Shown one piece after another: positions 1 to 5,655 of a stretch of DNA of 10,091 nucleotides (position 1 is its first letter; every line of letters starts with the position of its first letter). The notes beneath the pieces were generated by a model, which was not told the DNA's origin, ran no database searches, and was given only the letters and a program-made list of their open reading frames with translations. This DNA comes from Armatimonadota bacterium (lineage in GTDB: Bacteria; Armatimonadota; Armatimonadia; Armatimonadales; Armatimonadaceae), in assembly GCA_043754515.1 (NCBI GenBank), contig JAYUUO010000203.1, positions 1-10,091 on the forward strand, read 5' to 3'. The translations under genes were made by a program, and so were the position numbers.

Positions 1-345
1 TAGCGCGGCGATAGCGTCGGGGAGGCTGGCTTCCTTGACCAGCAGGTAGTCCGTGTCGAAGGTGGAGACGCTGAATAGGCTCACGCCCGCGCCCGCGAGC
101 GGCTCGGACAGCGACGACAGCACCCCCGTCATGTCGAACGCGAGCGGGCCTTTGACGGCGAGGATGCGCCAGCCGGAGTTGCAGGACACATCGGGCGGCA
201 CATTTTCCGAGCCTGTCACGACGGAAAGCTCGGTCGCGGTGCGTGTCACGGAGCAGAACGCGCCGAGCCATGCCCACGACGGTGGCGGCGTTTCAGGCGG
301 CAACTGACAGATGGCGACGCGCTCGGGAAGAACAGTTAGGATCAT
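1..345 (-). CDS. ACT domain-containing protein (ACT_7/CASTOR-like, COG3603 type); 3' end outside window
   Basis: Not in the ORF track; translated by hand from ATG at 345: MILTVLPERVAICQLPP...AFCSVTRTATELSVV...GWRILAVKGPLAFDMTGVLSSLSEPLAGAGVSLFSVSTFDTDYLLVKEASLPDAIAAL. SVTRT-ELS, GPL-F--TG and STFDTDYLLV are family hallmarks. AAGGAG RBS upstream (plus-strand ctcctt at 358-363). Confidence 0.92.
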   Translation of the reverse strand, partial: MILTVLPERVAICQLPPETPPPSWAWLGAFCSVTRTATELSVVTGSENVPPDVSCNSGWRILAVKGPLAFDMTGVLSSLSEPLAGAGVSLFSVSTFDTDYLLVKEASLPDAIAAL

Positions 346-415
346 GTCTCGATGTTTCTCCTTGCTTGCGGTTGTTGTGGCTACCCGCCGCACTGATTTT
401 CCGCGCCCACTCTTG

Positions 416-1045
416 CTATTCCTGCCCGTCTCCGCGCGATAATTCACGGTCCGCGTCACGCGCCGCCTCAATGAAGCGGCATATCTTGTCGTGGTCCTTG
501 CGCCCCGGCTCCGCCTCTGTGCCGCTCGAAACGTCCACGGCGTACGGGCGTACCGCGCGGATCGCCTCCGCGACGTTGTCCGGGGTCAGACCGCCCGCCA
601 GGATCAGAGGCAGGTCCCCGATGATCCGCTTCGCTTCGAGCGCGAGGCTCCAGTCGAATACGTGCCCCGCGCCGCCAAGCGCGGTTTCGTGGAACGCGTC
701 CAGCAGCACCGCGTCCGGCGTGAAATGGTACCCACGCAACTCGGCCAGACTCGCCTCGTCCTTGACCCGGAACACGCGGATGCGCCGCAAGCCAGGAGCG
801 GCGGCATCACCGCCATAATACTGCACGGCATCGGCCCCATACCCGGCGGCGTCCACCGGCGAACGCACCACCACGACCCGTGTCACGAACGGGGGCAGTC
901 CCCGCGTCGCCTCCCGCATCCGGTCGGGCGTGATGAAGCGGGGCGTGTCCGGCACGCCGATAAAGCCGAGCGCGTCCGCGCCGAAGCGGACGGCGGCGCG
1001 GGCGTCCTCCGCGTTGGTCAGGCCGCAGATTTTGACGCGGGTCAT
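416..1045 (-). CDS. trpF: phosphoribosylanthranilate isomerase
   Basis: Motifs TRVKICGLT, GADALGF, LLDA, GGAGHVFDW, LILAGGLTPDNV, PYAVDVSSGTE, PGRKD. ATG at 1045 (MTRVKICG) matches the usual N-terminus; alternative GTG at 1054. Confidence 0.97.
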   Translation of the reverse strand: MTRVKICGLTNAEDARAAVRFGADALGFIGVPDTPRFITPDRMREATRGLPPFVTRVVVVRSPVDAAGYGADAVQYYGGDAAAPGLRRIRVFRVKDEASLAELRGYHFTPDAVLLDAFHETALGGAGHVFDWSLALEAKRIIGDLPLILAGGLTPDNVAEAIRAVRPYAVDVSSGTEAEPGRKDHDKICRFIEAARDADRELSRGDGQE

Positions 1046-1128
1046 CGTGCCCACCGCTTCTGTGGAAAGCGTCGAGGCTGGGTAAGCCGGACGCGGGTAG
1101 CGGCTGTAGGGTTGTACGTTGCTGTCAT
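1042..1128 (-). CDS. putative 28-aa upstream peptide (MTATYNPTAATRVRLTQPRRFPQKRWAR) overlapping the trpF start
   Basis: ATG at 1128; its TGA (1044-1042) overlaps the trpF ATG (1045-1043) as ATGA; one Trp codon at position 26 of 28. No clear RBS. Confidence 0.25.
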   Translation of the reverse strand: MTATYNPTAATRVRLTQPRRFPQKRWAR

Positions 1129-1143
1129 GCGTTTTTCGGTGTC

Positions 1144-1163
1144 ACGCGGGTTGAAACCCACGT
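1144..1163. repeat. REP-like imperfect palindrome ACGCGGGTTGAAACCCACGT
   Basis: Arms ACGCGGGTT / AACCCACGT with one mismatch (a G-U pair on the minus strand); the GGGTTGAAACCC core resembles common REP-type extragenic palindromes. Confidence 0.5.
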
Positions 1164-1176
1164 TCCACGTTTACTA

Positions 1177-1182
1177 AGTATA
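1177..1182 (-). promoter_or_regulatory. candidate -10 element (TATACT) upstream of trpF
   Basis: 5/6 match to TATAAT in an AT-rich patch of a GC-rich intergenic region; no convincing -35. Confidence 0.4.
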
Positions 1183-1246
1183 CGTCTTGATGGTGCCATG
1201 TATCCGAGTGAATTTGCTCACGGTACCCTCCTGCACGTCAGTCGAA

Positions 1247-1684
1247 TCACCACCCACTCCACCGAAGATGTACAGACCGCGCGATTTCATCGGTCAAGCC
1301 CGTTTCGGGATCACACAAATAGAAGTGTCCCGCGATGCCCGCGCCGTCGTCGTCATCAAAGATCACATAGTCAATCTCGGCGTCGGTATGCGCCCTGCGA
1401 AAACTCGCGACGTACGCGGCTATTTCGGCGGCGCGTCCCCGCCCCGAAAGCTCCGGGGTGCAACCGTGGAGCGTCAAGCCTAACTGGCTCAGTTGGGTTC
1501 GTTTCTTCCCGCTCAGCCGCCATAGTGAGCTGAGGATAATCTTCACGCCCGCACGGTCGGCGAGGCTTTTCACCCGCCCGACCAGAACAGGGTCGGGGTT
1601 GTCGAAGCCGTACCCCCCTCCGCCGTCAACGATCAGCACGCCGTCAATATCCAAAAATAACAAACGATGCCGTTCCTGATCCAT
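1247..1684 (-). CDS. HAD-domain protein, Swiss Army knife RNA repair-like family (HAD_SAK_2-like), 145 aa
   Basis: Motif I LFLDIDGVL, motif II IILSSLWR, G-TP, R--EI, motif IV YVIFDDD and C-terminal GLT. ATG at 1684 is preceded by GAGGAGG (1693-1699), so the ORF-track extension to 1864 is unlikely to be real. Confidence 0.88.
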   Translation of the reverse strand: MDQERHRLLFLDIDGVLIVDGGGGYGFDNPDPVLVGRVKSLADRAGVKIILSSLWRLSGKKRTQLSQLGLTLHGCTPELSGRGRAAEIAAYVASFRRAHTDAEIDYVIFDDDDGAGIAGHFYLCDPETGLTDEIARSVHLRWSGW

Positions 1685-1823
1685 TGTCTGACCCTCCTCT
1701 GAGTATCTTAACCTACGCGTCCCCCAGCGTGATATGACCGACCTCGAATGCGATGGATGACGTACTCCCCGGCGCATGACAGTGCCCGCGTAGGAACAGG
1801 GCGCACTGCGCCGAATTGGTATC

Positions 1824-1852
1824 AGTTTACTGAACCGATGAGCGAGTGCCAA
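1824..1852 (-). promoter_or_regulatory. sigma70-type promoter candidate for the HAD gene
   Basis: TTGGCA (1852-1847), 17-nt spacer, TAAACT (1829-1824). A second -10-like TAAGAT lies at 1710-1705. Confidence 0.5.
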
Positions 1853-1879
1853 GTATCGTACCATCGTGAGCAGACGGCC

Positions 1880-2596
1880 CTACCTGACGTCGGCGGATGC
1901 GTGATTACGGTGCCACGCGCGAGGCGCGGCGATAGACGCGGGCCATTCGCCTTCCGTCAGGGGTGACAAGGCTTTAGAAATACAGAGCCGCCAGGGTATC
2001 ACTCCGGCGTGAGCATACGCACGCAACTTATGATGCCCATCCAGAACGAACTCGCCCATCGCGCTTTCGGTGGACGCCGTGATCGCGAACGGTCGCGCCC
2101 CACCTTCGATGGCGTACCAGTAGTGGGCGATTCGGACGTCGTCCAGCGAGCCGTCCGGTTGCGTAGCGACCAGCGTCTTCCCGCCGTAAACGCCGTCCGA
2201 CTCCGGGTAATAGCCTGACTCAACGTAGGACCAGTTCAGAACATAATCCTCCAGGTAGTACTCGACCCAAGTTTCGCCGGGTGCGAGGGGCGCAAGCGTC
2301 AGCGTGTAAACGCCCGGCGGGAATTGGCGCAACAGCGGCAGGATCAGTTGCGAAAAGCAGGTCCCCCCCGGCGGTAGGTCAGTGGTGACCTCGGTCAGCC
2401 CGGCCAGGCGGTTCTTGTCACCGTCAACAAACGGCGCGAAGTGGTACAGATCCTGGCCGATGCTCCCCTCACAGTCGGCGAAGTTGAACACGAAAGGCTT
2501 GCCGTCCAGGAACAGACCAGACGCCGCGCGGTCGCCGCGCACCTCGATGCGCCCCGTGCCGTCGGTGAGAAGATAAGTTTCGGAGTGTGGTTGCAT
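1880..2596 (-). CDS. hypothetical protein with C-terminal ParB/sulfiredoxin-like motif
   Basis: Long open frame with protein-like composition. ATQ...LD--RI--Y---I--GARP...FVLDGHHKLRAY resembles the ParB-N/Srx DGHHR signature (DGHHK at 2041-2027). Start ATG 2596 or TTG 2617. Confidence 0.7.
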   Translation of the reverse strand: MQPHSETYLLTDGTGRIEVRGDRAASGLFLDGKPFVFNFADCEGSIGQDLYHFAPFVDGDKNRLAGLTEVTTDLPPGGTCFSQLILPLLRQFPPGVYTLTLAPLAPGETWVEYYLEDYVLNWSYVESGYYPESDGVYGGKTLVATQPDGSLDDVRIAHYWYAIEGGARPFAITASTESAMGEFVLDGHHKLRAYAHAGVIPWRLCISKALSPLTEGEWPASIAAPRAWHRNHASADVR

Positions 2597-2620
2597 AGTG
2601 TGATCAGCGTAGCACAAGAA

Positions 2621-4066
2621 TCACACCATCGCGAGCGGCGCGAACTTCCTCCCCGCTATTCCCGGCTTCGGTGCGCGGCCCCGGTGGAAGACGTTGTACT
2701 CGCAGAACGACACCGCCTCGCCGCGCTCGTTGATGATCTTCGTGCAACAGTCCTTGACGCGGTTATGGTCGTACGTGTGCGCGTCCATGAACGGCTTGAC
2801 GACCACGCGGAACACGCGCTTCCCCATCTCGTCCGGCTTCCCGATCAGCGGGAGCACGTCGCGCAAGCCGCCGTGCGTGAACACCGTCGCGAGATCGCTC
2901 AGCGTCTGACCGGCGCGGAGCGACACGACGTCCGACCAGACCCGCCGTAGCGCGCCGCCCACTATCCCCGCGAACGCGATCCGGTCGGCAAAAAGATCCA
3001 GGTAGCGGGCCACATCAAGGTGGCGCGGGAGCGGCGTCAGGTGAGTCCGGCCCGCGTCGAGCAAGCCGTAGGTCAGCACGCAACAGTCGGGGTGTGAACA
3101 GGGTAACCCGACGAAATCGGAGGGGATCAGCTCGCCGTTCGTCTGCCGCGACAATTCCGCCAGCACGCCCGTCGCGGTCAAACGGTCGGCGGGGTCGAAG
3201 CCGTGCTGGTAGCGTCCGTTGTCCATCACCGGCTGGTATGTTACGCCGTTGATGTTGTCGAGCGACAGCGCGAACCGGTACAGGTCGCCTATCTCGCCGT
3301 CGTTGATGCCGCGCTCCACGGTCGGCACCAGCGTCGTGAACAGCGCGGCTTGCCGTGCCCGTTTTAAGGCACCCGTCTTCTCCGTCAGCAAGTCGCGTCC
3401 GTAAAGCCGCTCATGCACGGGGGCGCGGAAACTGCCAAACGAGAAGTAGAGTTCGATGCGGGAGCGGTGCTTTTGTAGCGTCTCCATCAGCGTGTCGGAT
3501 TGGTACATCCGCAAACCGTTTGTGTTGATGATCACGCGCCCGATCGGGTAGGACAGCGTGAGTTCCAGCATTTCGGCGAAAAGCGGGTGGATCGTCGGCT
3601 CGCCCCCGGACACCATCAGCACGTCGAGGCGGGTCTGCGCCCGGAAGAACGCGTCGAGCCGCCGCCGGGCCTCGTCGAGCGACAGGAAATCGTGCCCGTG
3701 CGCGTCCGCGTAGCAGGTGGGACAGCGCAGGTTACACGCTTGCGTGATTTCGAGTAGCAGGATGCAGACCGGGGGCGAGCCGTTATCCGTGCAAACCTCG
3801 CCGGGTCCGCAACAGCCGCCATTGATCCGGTCGGGCACGTACTGTCGCAACCGTACATACTCGCTCGCGTCGGATGCGAGCAGGGATCGGGTTTCGCCGT
3901 GGGTCGGGCAGGACTGCCGGATCCAGACTAGCCCAGCGTCCGCGAAGATCAGGGCGGGCACGGTGCGCAGACACGTCGGACACAGCCCCGTCGTCTCCTC
4001 ACGGAATGCGGCAGGCGTCGCGGCGACGCCCGCACCGGCGGGGGCGTCGGCTACCGCTCGCAACAT
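2621..4066 (-). CDS. radical SAM protein, Tes/GDGT-MAS (MJ0619, COG1964)-like family
   Basis: CxxxCxxC = CNLRCPTC (3736-3713); SGGEPT; INTNG; N-terminal CPTC...CPTHG metal site; C-terminal CSHPDC and FMD..YD..R...CC...FCEYN. Start ATG 4066 or GTG 4072. Confidence 0.9.
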   Translation of the reverse strand: MLRAVADAPAGAGVAATPAAFREETTGLCPTCLRTVPALIFADAGLVWIRQSCPTHGETRSLLASDASEYVRLRQYVPDRINGGCCGPGEVCTDNGSPPVCILLLEITQACNLRCPTCYADAHGHDFLSLDEARRRLDAFFRAQTRLDVLMVSGGEPTIHPLFAEMLELTLSYPIGRVIINTNGLRMYQSDTLMETLQKHRSRIELYFSFGSFRAPVHERLYGRDLLTEKTGALKRARQAALFTTLVPTVERGINDGEIGDLYRFALSLDNINGVTYQPVMDNGRYQHGFDPADRLTATGVLAELSRQTNGELIPSDFVGLPCSHPDCCVLTYGLLDAGRTHLTPLPRHLDVARYLDLFADRIAFAGIVGGALRRVWSDVVSLRAGQTLSDLATVFTHGGLRDVLPLIGKPDEMGKRVFRVVVKPFMDAHTYDHNRVKDCCTKIINERGEAVSFCEYNVFHRGRAPKPGIAGRKFAPLAMV

Positions 4067-4101
4067 GACCACACTCTGTTGTTCTCGTTGACTCCGAACA
4101 T
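4051..4101 (-). CDS. putative 16-aa micro-ORF MFGVNENNRVWSCCER (or frameshifted true N-terminus of the radical SAM gene)
   Basis: ATG at 4101 lies 11 nt downstream of AAAAGGAG (4120-4113); ends TAG at 4053-4051, overlapping the radical SAM start out of frame. Confidence 0.4.
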   Translation of the reverse strand: MFGVNENNRVWSCCER

Positions 4102-4188
4102 ACTTCGTGCCGCTCCTTTTGGACCCGCCCGCGCCGAGCGAACAGTGCCCTCGGTCATTCCGGGCTTTCGTCGGGCGTTGAGTATGTT

Positions 4189-4194
4189 ATTGTA
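4189..4194 (-). promoter_or_regulatory. candidate -10 element (TACAAT) for the radical SAM transcript
   Basis: GGTACAATAAC on the minus strand, about 90 nt upstream of the RBS-linked ATG at 4101; no clear -35. Confidence 0.5.
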
Positions 4195-4361
4195 CCGTGA
4201 CTCGCCGTTCGCAGTCGGGCGTCGGAGCGGGCGCGCTTGGGGGAGGGGGCGACCCCGACCGGCTACGCGACCCGACACGCGAATGACTAAATCCACCGCG
4301 TTGATTGTCTAGCAAGGAACCTTCCGCACGACGGTCGGCGTAACGAAAGCGGTGATACCTC

Positions 4362-5591
4362 ATGCTGTGGCGTAAACGTGACCTCGCGCCGTCGCTCCTA
4401 ATCCTTTCCGTGGTACTCGTCGGCGCGGCGTGGACGGCGACGAACGCCCGCCGCTCGCTCTCCGCGTCCGCCGCGAAGGCGGTGCTCGTTTCGACGCGCG
4501 GCAACGTTCCGCCGGATTCGCCGCGCCGCGTCCTGGTCGCCTTCAACGCCCGGTCCCCCGAATCGCGCGAACTGGCGGAAACCTACGCCCGCGCCCGACA
4601 CATCCCGGCCGATAATCTTGTTCCGCTCGCCTGCCCGCTCACGGACGAATGCCGCCGCTCCGATTACGAGGGGGAAATACTGCCTTACGTGCGCGAGCGG
4701 GTGCGAAACGACTCCCTGATCGCGTACGTGGTTCTGATACGCGGGGTGCCGTTTCGCTTTTCCGACTGGGGCAACTTCGGCGGCTACTCGGTGGACTCGG
4801 TGCTGGCGACATGCCTGATGACCTCACCCCCACCCGACGCGCCCGACTCTCCGCTCGCGGGCCTCGCGGCACCGGCACCAGAGCGGCGGGCGCGTAACCC
4901 ATATTTCGGCGCGGACGCACGCTTTGATCGGGCGCGGTGGGGCGGCATGTTGCTGGTCTGCCGCTTGGATGGGCCGACCAACGCCGACGCGTTCCAGCCA
5001 GTCGAGTCGGGGTTAAGCGCGAAGCCGGTGCGCGGGCCGTTCTACCTGCGCGATTCGTTCTGCATGAGCATGGCGGGCGGGAACGCGGTGTTGCAGGGCA
5101 AGTCGCTCCAGACCGAGTACGTGACGCCCGCGAACAACCCGCTGGAGCCGCTCTATCAGGGCGAAGGCGGGCCGTACATGGCGCACTGGGGGGCGGGGCC
5201 GCACGACACGCAGTACAGCGACGAGAAGTTCGCTCGCCTCCGATTCCTGCCCGGTGCCCTCTGCGACCTGACGTGGTCCGCGAGCGCGGTGGGTCTGCGC
5301 GATCGGAATGCGAAAGCGGGGATCAACCTGCTAACGGCGTACGCGGGCGCGGCGGGCGCGCATGGTTTCGTATCCGAGCCGTACTGCGACTCGATCTCGC
5401 GGAGCGAGATCGTCTTAGAGCGGTACACGCGCGGCTACAACCTGGCCGAATCGTTCTATATGGGTTCGCCGTACCTCCATTGGAAGGACGTGATGCTCGG
5501 CGATCCACTCGGTGCCCCATACGCGGACACTGCCGCGCAAGGGATTATCACCGCCGATACGAACTTACCGAAGACCGAAGAAGAGCAATAA
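4362..5591 (+). CDS. TIGR03790 family protein, secreted or membrane-anchored
   Basis: Basic plus hydrophobic N-terminus; motifs VLVAFN..S.ES.ELA.TY...R.IP..N, VLIRGVPFR, SVDS.LA, NPYFG, LVCRLDG, FLPGA, GFVSEPY, GYNLAESFY, W..V.LGDPL. Confidence 0.88.
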   Translation: MLWRKRDLAPSLLILSVVLVGAAWTATNARRSLSASAAKAVLVSTRGNVPPDSPRRVLVAFNARSPESRELAETYARARHIPADNLVPLACPLTDECRRSDYEGEILPYVRERVRNDSLIAYVVLIRGVPFRFSDWGNFGGYSVDSVLATCLMTSPPPDAPDSPLAGLAAPAPERRARNPYFGADARFDRARWGGMLLVCRLDGPTNADAFQPVESGLSAKPVRGPFYLRDSFCMSMAGGNAVLQGKSLQTEYVTPANNPLEPLYQGEGGPYMAHWGAGPHDTQYSDEKFARLRFLPGALCDLTWSASAVGLRDRNAKAGINLLTAYAGAAGAHGFVSEPYCDSISRSEIVLERYTRGYNLAESFYMGSPYLHWKDVMLGDPLGAPYADTAAQGIITADTNLPKTEEEQ

Positions 5592-5655
5592 GCCACTATC
5601 GTCCCCGCGCAGGGTGGTCCCCGCTGGAGATCCCATTTTCTCCCGCCAGGAACAC

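Noticed and set aside
53..1177. Plus-strand ORFs 53-307, 243-818 and 491-1177
   Set aside because: Antisense shadows of the ACT gene and trpF, expected in high-GC DNA; no motifs.
1193..1852. TGGCAC as sigma54 -24 elements on the minus strand
   Set aside because: Neither copy has TTGC at the required 5-nt spacing.
1685..1864. 60-aa N-terminal extension of the HAD ORF in the ORF track
   Set aside because: Arg/Ser-rich, non-protein-like sequence; a strong GAGGAGG precedes ATG 1684 and a promoter candidate lies inside the extension.
4100..4360. Known riboswitch or ncRNA in the divergent intergenic region
   Set aside because: Only short GC-rich stems and a brief GCGACCC(C)GAC repeat; no SAM, cobalamin or c-di-GMP consensus recognised by eye. 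An Rfam scan would be needed.
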